From IMG/VR virus record IMGVR_UViG_3300033145_001320, positions 17,768 through 81,767 of that record: a stretch of DNA of 64,000 bases; one strand, written 5' to 3'. This document shows, piece by piece, positions 1 to 8,625 of this stretch. The translations under genes were made by a program, and so were the position numbers. The stretch's first letter is position 1, and every line of letters begins with the position of its first letter. The notes beneath the pieces were generated by a model. That model made no database searches, had not been told where the DNA came from, and was given only the letters and a program-made list of their open reading frames with translations. The DNA comes from a virus.

Positions 1-392
1 TTATACTTAACATTCTTTTTACAATCAACCATTAAATACCTTGATGAAATATATAATCTTACATCTATTTCTCTCCTTCGATCATATGTATAATCTCGAC
101 AATCCAAAACTAACTCACATGGAGGGATTTTTGTTTTCCCTTCAATAAACTTTTCATTTAAAGTTATAATTGTTAAGTCTGGATTTTTATGAGATAATAT
201 ATCTGTTAATGCTTCTACCTTTGTCATACCAACATCAATTTGTCGATAGATGGAGTTTTTGAGATTCTTTGCTTCAACTTTATCGTGGTCTATAACTATA
301 AGAGTCTCAAGAGTTTCAATATTAGAAAGTGCATTGGCAACAAATCCTCCAAGGGTTCCAATGCCAATAACTGCGATTGTTTTATATACCAC
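1..392 (-). CDS. ThiF/E1-like adenylyltransferase (second copy; runs off window edge)
   Basis: Manual translation: VVYKTIAVIGIGTLGGFVANAL...VIDHDKVEAKNLKNSIY...DVGMTKVEAL...LVLDCRD. Has the GxGxxG Rossmann motif and ThiF D-x-V-x-x-x-NL motif. Start codon uncertain (GTG at 392). Confidence 0.8.
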   Translation of the reverse strand, partial: MVYKTIAVIGIGTLGGFVANALSNIETLETLIVIDHDKVEAKNLKNSIYRQIDVGMTKVEALTDILSHKNPDLTIITLNEKFIEGKTKIPPCELVLDCRDYTYDRRREIDVRLYISSRYLMVDCKKNVKY

Positions 393-417
393 GGTCTCAT
401 TGTTCTCCTGTTATATT

Positions 418-446
418 AAAATAGGGGGGTCTGAATCGACCCCCCT
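418..446 (-). terminator. Intrinsic terminator after Ubl gene
   Basis: AGGGGGGTC-GATTCA-GACCCCCCT hairpin followed by ATTTT on the minus strand. Confidence 0.75.
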
Positions 447-470
447 CTAACACGTTAAGCGTTAATATAG

Positions 471-935
471 TTAGCAGCCTTTCTTTCCTGCGGGTTTCAG
501 GAACTCAAGGTTATCGCTTTGTTTTAGAACATAGTCTCCGTCAACTTCTTTACCATTGATAAGTCCGGTAGAGAGTTGATCAACATTAAGAACCTCACGT
601 AGAAATTCTCCAACCTGTTTTACGGTACGTCCAACAACAGGGAAGTTTCCAGAAGAGGCACCACAAGAAACATGAATAGTAGTGGTAGCACGAGCACCGA
701 ATGCTCCGTCAGGTTTGGTTATAACGCTACGACCTGTAAATTCAATACCTGTTACAGGTCCACTCTTAGAGATGCTTGCGCTGGCTGGTGCGCCATATTC
801 TGCCATAATGGCAGCGATGACCACATCCTTGGTTTTCTTTGTCATACCAGGAATATTCAGCTCATATACACACATTCTCTTTAGTTCTCTTGAAGTTTTG
901 TCTTCTAGTTGATCTTTAGTAAAAGTTGTTCCCAT
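471..935 (-). CDS. Ubiquitin-like (beta-grasp) protein with N-terminal Rho-N/HeH-like helical domain
   Basis: C-terminal ~70 aa (IHVSCGASSGNFPVVGRTV...LINGKEVDGDYVLKQSDNLEFLKPAGKKGC) resembles a ThiS/MoaD-like fold with a GxKG tail; adjacent to E1 and JAB genes. Confidence 0.8.
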   Translation of the reverse strand: MGTTFTKDQLEDKTSRELKRMCVYELNIPGMTKKTKDVVIAAIMAEYGAPASASISKSGPVTGIEFTGRSVITKPDGAFGARATTTIHVSCGASSGNFPVVGRTVKQVGEFLREVLNVDQLSTGLINGKEVDGDYVLKQSDNLEFLKPAGKKGC

Positions 936-954
936 TTTTAAATCTCCTTCGATT

Positions 955-1638
955 TTAGTTTATTGATCTAATTTTAGAGTTTGTATTCATAGTCAGAATA
1001 TCAAAATAAACTTCTGACCGTTCATAGGACTCTTTGACAACGGCATTGTAAAAAGTCCAACACATGATAGTTGCAACTCCCAAATTCGCAAAGTAGAGTT
1101 GCGGTTCTGACACAGATAGTTCCTCACAGGACATTTCGGTAGGTAACTTATCATCGGGATTTGCGATTTCTGGATGGTATTTGCACAAGTCAGGCGTGAG
1201 ATCTTTGCTTTCTCTTCGCACATACAGTTGTACATTTCCATCTGTAAAATCATTCCCACCGGATATTAAAATAACATTTTTCATTTCTTTACAGTAATTT
1301 GATATGACCATCCGGGTTTTGTGATTATCTACACACATAAATATAATATCGCCTTCATGAATAACCTCACCAACATTTTCTGGTGTGATATATTCTTCAA
1401 AGACGTCAAACCGCAGTCTATCGAATTTAGCCTCCAATTCAGTCGCTTTTATGTCTGCCTTATTTCCAAGTCTTGTGAACTCTTGTCTTTCATAGTTCTT
1501 CGGTTCATAATCATCGCCGTCCACAAGCAAGATATCTGCGGCCATATCTTGTGAAAAGTTCATAAATCGGCATAAGCGTTCAATAAGAATAGACCCAATA
1601 CCACCAAGCCCAATAACAACAATATTATGGTCGACCAT
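955..1638 (-). CDS. ThiF/E1-like Ubl-activating enzyme
   Basis: IVVIGLGGIG, DGDDYEPKNYERQ, CVDNHKTR, SCEE (candidate catalytic Cys), PQLYFAN. Start moved to the ATG after GGAGG. Confidence 0.9.
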   Translation of the reverse strand: MVDHNIVVIGLGGIGSILIERLCRFMNFSQDMAADILLVDGDDYEPKNYERQEFTRLGNKADIKATELEAKFDRLRFDVFEEYITPENVGEVIHEGDIIFMCVDNHKTRMVISNYCKEMKNVILISGGNDFTDGNVQLYVRRESKDLTPDLCKYHPEIANPDDKLPTEMSCEELSVSEPQLYFANLGVATIMCWTFYNAVVKESYERSEVYFDILTMNTNSKIRSIN

Positions 1639-3247
1639 CTTTACCTCCAAACACACGTCTGAATTTTGACATTAATGATCCATCGTGTCGTGGATCAACA
1701 GGAATTTCTGTGATTGGAATTTGTGGTTCACTTGGATCTGGGATTTTTATTATAGTTTCTTCAATAGCTAGAGCATTTGCTTCTTCTGATTCAGTATCTA
1801 AAAATGCTCCTGTATCCATCTCTGATTGAGAGATTCTTTCTTCCTCTGTATCAACTCCTTTGATATCTTCTTCCTCAATCAATGAATAGCAAAATGGACA
1901 TATTGTTTCACCTGCAAAAGCATGGAAAGAATTTCCACATGTGTTGCATGTGAGATACTCTGTATCCTCTTTAAGACCAGGTTCCTTTTGTAGATGTGAC
2001 TGGTCAAGTTCGCTAATATAATTCTCAGGCAAGTCTTCCTCATCTAAAGGAATGAGATAGTCATCCGTTTTGCATATCGGACATAGTGGCATATCAATAG
2101 ATTCAGTATCCTCAATAACAACAGTTTCACATTGTTTACAGATATAAATTTCAGGTTCGTAATCTTCACCTGCTTCCTCAGCTAAGAATTTATGACCTCT
2201 GAATACACATGTTTGACATGGAATGAACTCATCATCTTCGCTATCTGTAACTTCAACCTTATGCATAGGAAACTTAATTACATTTCCAGACTTTGTATCA
2301 GGTAACGCTGAAGGTTTTGTAACACCTGGTTTGGATTGCGGAGGAACAAATCCTGCTTGTTTCCATAAATCAGCATCATAATGACCACCGTAACCACCGT
2401 AACCACCATACCCATACCCAGGATAACCAGGATATGTTACTCCACCTGATCTTCCAGCATACTTGTAAGTATAAGTTCCCTTTTCAACCATTTCCATCCA
2501 TTGAGGAATTACTCTATGATATTTATCAGATACATTAACTGTAAAACGTTTGTCTAGTTTTCGATAGGAATATGAGGATTGTTTGCCTGCTACAATATCT
2601 TCAACCATTTTCCCATGTTCCCATTTGAATACTCGCCTTATCGGTCTGTTTTCCATCTTATCAATATCCACGGTTTTAACTAACCGCTCAACATAGTCTT
2701 CTGGATTAATAACAAATCTATGCCCATTTGCAACAATCGAAGCTGTGATACTCACATCCTCATCTTTCATGTTTCCAATGGTAATATGAAGACCATCGAA
2801 ATGTTTTTCATCTGAATCATCAGTTCCAGAATGAAATGCAGACATATTAGCATGACTGTGAATTGTACCAATCATCTGCATACCATCTATAGTTATTCCT
2901 TTATTGTAATCACACGCAGCACCTGTAACCTTTTGATGAGGCGGGACAATTTTATATACTCTTTTTACTTCATCATAGAAAAGCAATACAATTGCTTCCC
3001 CATAATACTCGGCATATACTGCACGAAAGAAAGCAATAACCCTGGCAAATTGACCACCAGGGATTTTCTTAATGTTCATTCGTGCCATTGAATCGACGCT
3101 TTCTAATATAGAAATGTTATCAACTGGGGCAATGCTTTCCATTATCCCAACTTTCTTTTTGAGAAATACACCTTCCTTTGCCACAATGTAACATATATCA
3201 TCGTTTGGAATATCTGTCGTCCCATCATTAACATGTACTGGAAACAT
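1625..3247 (-). CDS. JAB/MPN metallopeptidase (PRTRC protein A-like) with GY-rich linker and C-terminal CxxC zinc-ribbon region
   Basis: EAIVLL...IGTIHSHANMSAFHSGTDDSDE is a JAMM motif; GYPGYGYGGYGGYGG repeat; five CxxC motifs. Confidence 0.85.
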   Translation of the reverse strand: MFPVHVNDGTTDIPNDDICYIVAKEGVFLKKKVGIMESIAPVDNISILESVDSMARMNIKKIPGGQFARVIAFFRAVYAEYYGEAIVLLFYDEVKRVYKIVPPHQKVTGAACDYNKGITIDGMQMIGTIHSHANMSAFHSGTDDSDEKHFDGLHITIGNMKDEDVSITASIVANGHRFVINPEDYVERLVKTVDIDKMENRPIRRVFKWEHGKMVEDIVAGKQSSYSYRKLDKRFTVNVSDKYHRVIPQWMEMVEKGTYTYKYAGRSGGVTYPGYPGYGYGGYGGYGGHYDADLWKQAGFVPPQSKPGVTKPSALPDTKSGNVIKFPMHKVEVTDSEDDEFIPCQTCVFRGHKFLAEEAGEDYEPEIYICKQCETVVIEDTESIDMPLCPICKTDDYLIPLDEEDLPENYISELDQSHLQKEPGLKEDTEYLTCNTCGNSFHAFAGETICPFCYSLIEEEDIKGVDTEEERISQSEMDTGAFLDTESEEANALAIEETIIKIPDPSEPQIPITEIPVDPRHDGSLMSKFRRVFGGKDGRP

Positions 3248-5825
3248 TTATTAAACTCCTTTCATCTTTTAACAAGATGTATGGCGATATCTTACTTTCC
3301 ATAAATAAACCATGAAAGTTTGGCCATGCTTTAACTGATTCTAGTTTAGCTTGCTCGCTTTGCCCAATCCGTGGATTAGGAATACAATCAAATACAGTAT
3401 GATTCTTTACATAATTATCTACCTTATAATCACTTGCGTGGGAGGCATATGCCCCAAGGGACACTATACGTGGATTCTTATATTGTTGTACTCTGCTTAC
3501 CATCCACCCAGTGCTGCTTCTAAAATCAGATAAACCCAATAACAAATCTCCACATTGTAATTTGATTTTTGTAATATCAATAGGAGCATGTGCTAATTCT
3601 GGCCATTTTTTAGATTTCATAGTTACTCGTTTAAAGTTTTCCATCATTTCACTATACCATAATGTACAGCAATTAGAGCATAAGACTAATGGGTCCTCTC
3701 CACCTGTATCTGTAATAAAACCAATAATTATATTCACATCCTTCTTTGGAAAGTGTGGAATATATCCTTTTTCTGCTACAATTTTTGTTCCTGCTGAAAC
3801 CCTCCCATATTTATTTGTGATTTTTCTTATTTTTCCAACATGAATATATGCTGCAGTTCCGCCAGATCCAGTACCATTAATATATACAACTTCTGTCAAT
3901 CTACCTTCCTTATCAGAAAGTACAAAGCTCAAGCTGTGACTGTCACCATCTGTTTTAAAACCTTCAATAGTTCTAGGTATTAGCATGTTGATAGGATTAT
4001 CCCAATCTGCATAAACAACTTTATCACCAACATTGAATGTTATATCAAGATCAAAACTTTCAATGTGAAGAGTTGTTCCAGAATTGATCAACAGATGTTT
4101 TATAACATCTGTTATGGTTGGTGTTGATACAGAATAATTATTGTTAAATGCTATCCCTTCTGGTGTTCCCCATGCATACCCGCTTTTAGGATGTCCATCA
4201 AATTTATAAGCTAGGAGTCTACGCCCACATCTAAATACTGGAGACATTAACTTTGTATGTTCTTTATTATATAGTGGTTTTTGTTCTCCAGATTGAGCAT
4301 CAATAACTATAGGTCGATCTACTTTACCTACTCCTACTGTTTGAAATTCTAATAATAGATTATTATTTCCTTCATTAACAGTCAGACCAGAAAATTTGAC
4401 TTCTTGCCCCGAGTTCATAATCCCTCCACTATTTGTGGAAGTAAAGATAATATATCTATCCTTTTTATTCAGTTCTACTCCATAGTAAGTTGGGTTGTCT
4501 ACATCAAGTACTTTACCTACTGTATTCTCCAAAATGTAGAATGAATTACCAAGGCGTGCTTCAGTTATACCATCTCTTGATTTTCTGATAAAGTAAACTC
4601 TTTTATAGACATCCCTACCTAGATGATTTTTAATTACAACAATATCATCTTCTTTAATAACTATTCCATTTTTCAATGTACCTTGTTCTTCAAACCTGAG
4701 TTTCTTAATAGCGTCATGAATAAAGGTTTTTACCTTTGGAGTTAACCTTACATTAATAAGACGTTTGTTTTCAAGCTCAAGTTGAATATAACGGATTTTA
4801 TCAGAATCATAAAATCCAATGAATGAATTGATAAATGCGGTTTGTTTCCCCCAAGCAATCGGGTCGCCAACATGAATATAAAAAGTCCTTGTAAGATATA
4901 TTCCTTGTGCAATATCATAATATAATGACTGTGTCTTACGTGCTTTTGGTGTTGGTTTTTCCTTCTTACCAGTGTCAACACTTTGTGTAAATATTCTAGA
5001 TAGCTCTCTATATTGTATATTTCCAGTTGCGGTATTATTATAATTAGTTTTGATAGAGGAGATTGTTTCATAGAGAGTTGGTTTTATTCTGATCCAATCA
5101 ACATTATAAATAAACATTGGATCTATTTTAGACATTGCTTCCCAACCAATATATGTATTTACTCCGGGAATGGAATCATACGCAGTATAGTTATATGTGT
5201 AATCTCCATTAAATTCCGCAGACCAAAATACCATAATTGCATTTTCGATTCCAGCATTTAAACTCTGTTGTCTTGTGTGTGCTTTGTCTCCAAAACAAAT
5301 TGATTGTTCTCCGCTTATATTCATCATTGGCATTTTTAGCAAGTAATCGCTATACCCTGCCAATCTTGCATTTCGTAGATATACGTGCCCCACCATTAAT
5401 GATGAATGTTTATCAAACATAAGAATGAAAATTGTATAAGGAAATGCTAATGTAAAGCTGAATGGTGCGTTATGTCCATCTTTATAATATGCAGCATTGA
5501 TCCCATACTCTTCAATCTTTCCTTCACCTTCAAGAGTTTTAAGCTCTCTATCCATACCATAGTTAACTTTTATGGTTCTGTATGCAGGAGGTTCTTCAAT
5601 AACCACAATATGACCATTTTGTAATTTTTCAAGGTATCTGCAATTCGGAGGAAGAATCCCTTGTTGTGTAATCCCCGAAGTTATCTTTTGCAAATAACCA
5701 TCTGTTCTTGTAACATGATGCCTGATCTTCGGTGTTGCAATGTCTTTCGATGTTTGGGCAAATTCCGAAGTTACATGCTGTACATAATTTGAATTAATTC
5801 TTATTTCATCCAACATTTCTGTCAT
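3228..5825 (-). CDS. Prokaryotic E2-like (family D/PRTRC protein B-like) domain fused to large unknown C-terminal region
   Basis: EEPPAYRT...LAFPYTIF...KMPMMNISGEQSICFG...FWSAEFN resembles the Prok-E2_D PxxNVxxxGxICxG...FW signature; operon context. Confidence 0.65.
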   Translation of the reverse strand: MTEMLDEIRINSNYVQHVTSEFAQTSKDIATPKIRHHVTRTDGYLQKITSGITQQGILPPNCRYLEKLQNGHIVVIEEPPAYRTIKVNYGMDRELKTLEGEGKIEEYGINAAYYKDGHNAPFSFTLAFPYTIFILMFDKHSSLMVGHVYLRNARLAGYSDYLLKMPMMNISGEQSICFGDKAHTRQQSLNAGIENAIMVFWSAEFNGDYTYNYTAYDSIPGVNTYIGWEAMSKIDPMFIYNVDWIRIKPTLYETISSIKTNYNNTATGNIQYRELSRIFTQSVDTGKKEKPTPKARKTQSLYYDIAQGIYLTRTFYIHVGDPIAWGKQTAFINSFIGFYDSDKIRYIQLELENKRLINVRLTPKVKTFIHDAIKKLRFEEQGTLKNGIVIKEDDIVVIKNHLGRDVYKRVYFIRKSRDGITEARLGNSFYILENTVGKVLDVDNPTYYGVELNKKDRYIIFTSTNSGGIMNSGQEVKFSGLTVNEGNNNLLLEFQTVGVGKVDRPIVIDAQSGEQKPLYNKEHTKLMSPVFRCGRRLLAYKFDGHPKSGYAWGTPEGIAFNNNYSVSTPTITDVIKHLLINSGTTLHIESFDLDITFNVGDKVVYADWDNPINMLIPRTIEGFKTDGDSHSLSFVLSDKEGRLTEVVYINGTGSGGTAAYIHVGKIRKITNKYGRVSAGTKIVAEKGYIPHFPKKDVNIIIGFITDTGGEDPLVLCSNCCTLWYSEMMENFKRVTMKSKKWPELAHAPIDITKIKLQCGDLLLGLSDFRSSTGWMVSRVQQYKNPRIVSLGAYASHASDYKVDNYVKNHTVFDCIPNPRIGQSEQAKLESVKAWPNFHGLFMESKISPYILLKDERSLINVSSTC

Positions 5826-6208
5826 TATTCACCTCTTAAGTATTTGTACTGTTTCGCATAACCGGTTAATATTTTTTCAGGACGTTGTTCATCAATAACC
5901 CAAACCTTTTGCCGCTTCAATCCTGAATCTGGATTAGACAATTGTGAGATTGAAATTGTATAGAGAGCTACCATATAAGTATTTTCAGTTTCTCTTTCTA
6001 ATGTTAAATACGCAACTTCTTTATCATTTCTTCCAGGAACTTCTAATGCAAGAAAGATATTAGGTCCTACTGGAACATGTGAATCATGTTCAATAGTTTT
6101 GATTTCTTCTTCAAGAATTATATCACAGAGTTCTCTGATCTGTTGAAGTTCATCTTTTCCTTCTACTTTCATTTGTTTAATTAGTTTTGTTAGAATCGTC
6201 ACTATCAT
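5825..6208 (-). CDS. Hypothetical protein
   Basis: 127-aa ORF with RBS, tightly packed in operon. Confidence 0.7.
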   Translation of the reverse strand: MIVTILTKLIKQMKVEGKDELQQIRELCDIILEEEIKTIEHDSHVPVGPNIFLALEVPGRNDKEVAYLTLERETENTYMVALYTISISQLSNPDSGLKRQKVWVIDEQRPEKILTGYAKQYKYLRGE

Positions 6209-6213
6209 TTACC

Positions 6214-6549
6214 TCACTTCTTTGGTTTGACATAATACCTTTCTTCGGCAGTATCCATATATTCAACTCTTTCAAATGGTACAGACCTCCAAGCTTTTTT
6301 ATCAAGATCATACACATGCATGATTTTGTTTTTCTGAATAAGTCCTATAATTTTTTGTATATTGACTCCTTTTGGCTTGTCTATATCAGGCACCTTTTTA
6401 AAATCAAGTGTGCATCTCATGAGTCTAGTCGAGCCATCTTTTTTTGTGAATTTGATGCTTACTTCTTTTTCATCATAAACTTTTTTCCAAAATTGTAATG
6501 CGCTTACGATTACATTAGCATCAATTTCATTATTATCGTTTTCTGCCAT
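6214..6549 (-). CDS. WYL_2-like Sm/SH3 beta-barrel protein
   Basis: IKFTKKDGSTRLMRCTL...VYDLDKKAWRSV signature. Confidence 0.8.
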   Translation of the reverse strand: MAENDNNEIDANVIVSALQFWKKVYDEKEVSIKFTKKDGSTRLMRCTLDFKKVPDIDKPKGVNIQKIIGLIQKNKIMHVYDLDKKAWRSVPFERVEYMDTAEERYYVKPKK

Positions 6550-7608
6550 TTATACTTTCTCCCTTTTGTCGGCATGAATTAAATCATCTTCTCCATCGCC
6601 CGACTCATCAATATATCGACTCATTAACAAACATGAGTGATTGCATAACCTACAAAACTTCTTTTTATCATATGTTATTGTCTCTTGAAAAACATCATTT
6701 AATGTTCCTGGATTACTTTTGTCGAAGAGATTTGTTATAGAAAATACTTTTGGTGTGGTTGTTCCTCTAATCCTTAAACATAATCTGATTGTTCCATCGG
6801 CATCAACTGTTATATTATGTATGCCTTTCTCAAGACCGCAATCCATATTTGAAGGTAACGTGTCAAACATTGCTGGTAATAGCATATCTTTCATATGTAT
6901 TAATAATGACTTATCATTATACATATCCATTAATGTAGATGCTAACTCCCAAGTTGGTTTAACTAATTGTGAATAGTCTCTAATGTTTGAAAAATCATAA
7001 TATGGATTTTTTGCAATATCAACAAATGTAATATCACTGTATATGCCTTCTGAGCTTAGATTTTTAACCAGATTATATAAAAGATGTTGATTTTCGTTCA
7101 TGACAGTTATCTCTGCAACAACATCTTTTACTTTACCACTTGTTTGAAGTTCTTTTAATTTTTTAAACCCCCAAATACTTTTCCATATTCGATCTTCTGC
7201 AAACCTATCATCAGTATCAAATTGTACTGGATCCACAGAGCTTGTAAAACCTTCTATATAATCAACTTCCTCAAATAACCGTTTTATTAATGGTTGTATT
7301 TCATCAGTATTATTGCTAATAATAGTATAATGAATATTATTATCATTACAATAGTTAATTATATCTGCAAGATCTTTCCTTAGTGTTGGCTCGCCTCCAT
7401 ACCAGATATGAAATGCTTCTGGATTATGTTTTTTGAAATTTGCTAAAGCTTTAATAATAACTTCTAAAGACATTTCATTTTTTATATAATGCTCCATCTT
7501 TGGATAGACTGATGGCATATCAGGATAATTTTTAACGATAGAACAATAATCGCAATTAATATTACATTTACGTGTTATTAACCAATTGACAATTCTAATT
7601 TGACTCAT
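6550..7608 (-). CDS. Radical SAM enzyme with Cys-rich C-terminal (SPASM/twitch-like) region
   Basis: CNINCDYC (CxxxCxxC), YGGEPTL, C-terminal C...GTIRLC...CRLCNHSC. Confidence 0.9.
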   Translation of the reverse strand: MSQIRIVNWLITRKCNINCDYCSIVKNYPDMPSVYPKMEHYIKNEMSLEVIIKALANFKKHNPEAFHIWYGGEPTLRKDLADIINYCNDNNIHYTIISNNTDEIQPLIKRLFEEVDYIEGFTSSVDPVQFDTDDRFAEDRIWKSIWGFKKLKELQTSGKVKDVVAEITVMNENQHLLYNLVKNLSSEGIYSDITFVDIAKNPYYDFSNIRDYSQLVKPTWELASTLMDMYNDKSLLIHMKDMLLPAMFDTLPSNMDCGLEKGIHNITVDADGTIRLCLRIRGTTTPKVFSITNLFDKSNPGTLNDVFQETITYDKKKFCRLCNHSCLLMSRYIDESGDGEDDLIHADKREKV

Positions 7609-8219
7609 TTGTTTTCCTTTCTATATATATCCCATCCAGAATCTACTATATAAAATCCTGTTTTATCATTAGATAAATGAAGATTGTTTTCTCTACAAAA
7701 TTTACTTAAATTTTTTATTTTAAGTAATTCGCCATTTGGATTTGTAATGAGCCAATTCTTAGATGTATAAATTGATGGGTCAAAATCTGAATTATCCTTA
7801 ATCCAGTTTTTAACTCCTATGCTGATTTTATCACGTTTTTCTGATGAGCACTCAACACCATAACTTGCATTATTCTTACCTGCTAAAGTACCCGCTTTTC
7901 TTAAATCTCTCATATTATCAAGATGAGTTCCTGTATATAGATGTTCTGGATTAACACATAATTTATTATTACACCCATGACATACCATCATATCAGGCAA
8001 AACATCTTTAATGAATAGAATATATGAAGCTCTATGTGCTGGATATGGTTTTCCTTTCATGTAAAAATCGCCATACCCCTGTTTGGGTTTTCCAGTCCAG
8101 TTCCAACATCCTGTTTTTAAATCAATTTTATACTTCTTCCTAAACCTTTTAATAATAGTTTCTCTCAAGTTGGCATTTTTCTTTACATATGTTGAACCGA
8201 ACTTTCTACCCTTTGGCAT
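7605..8219 (-). CDS. HNH homing endonuclease
   Basis: CWNWTG...YG...AHRASY...VCHGCNNKLCVNPEHLYTGTHLDNMRD. Confidence 0.9.
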   Translation of the reverse strand: MPKGRKFGSTYVKKNANLRETIIKRFRKKYKIDLKTGCWNWTGKPKQGYGDFYMKGKPYPAHRASYILFIKDVLPDMMVCHGCNNKLCVNPEHLYTGTHLDNMRDLRKAGTLAGKNNASYGVECSSEKRDKISIGVKNWIKDNSDFDPSIYTSKNWLITNPNGELLKIKNLSKFCRENNLHLSNDKTGFYIVDSGWDIYRKENK

Positions 8220-8231
8220 TCAATATACTCC

Positions 8232-8612
8232 TTACAACATTTCGGCCAGCATATCAGAATAATATTTTGATCCTTCAAATTTCTCACATATATTATAATC
8301 AACTGCCACCAATATAACTTTATGACCATCATTTATAGCTTTTAAAGATTTATCAAAAGCTTCTTGCTCCATATTTATAAGTCTTGCAGCCATTGCTTTT
8401 GAAGCCCAATCATATGGCCGTTCTGTTGCATATTCATATAATTCTTTCTTTGTATCTAACCGTTTCCAGATCTGAACGCCTTCATTTGTAGCTTCAGGAT
8501 CGCCATCCAGCTTATTGATATATTTTTCAAAACCAGGAATATCATCTTCATTAAGAGACATAATATATGCTGCTGATGAACTGTTCGCTATAAAATCTAA
8601 CTTTACTTTCAT
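8232..8612 (-). CDS. DFxxNSSS-motif protein (paralogue 1)
   Basis: N-terminus MKVKLDFIANSSSAAYI. Confidence 0.75.
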   Translation of the reverse strand: MKVKLDFIANSSSAAYIMSLNEDDIPGFEKYINKLDGDPEATNEGVQIWKRLDTKKELYEYATERPYDWASKAMAARLINMEQEAFDKSLKAINDGHKVILVAVDYNICEKFEGSKYYSDMLAEML

Positions 8613-8625
8613 TCAGAAAAACCTC

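Noticed and set aside
6550-7608. Radical SAM as QueE
   Set aside because: Too long, has an extra C-terminal Cys cluster, and lacks QueE N-terminal signatures
7605-8219. HNH genes as group I intron-encoded
   Set aside because: Flanking genes appear complete and the HNH ORFs abut their neighbours with no room for intron core structure
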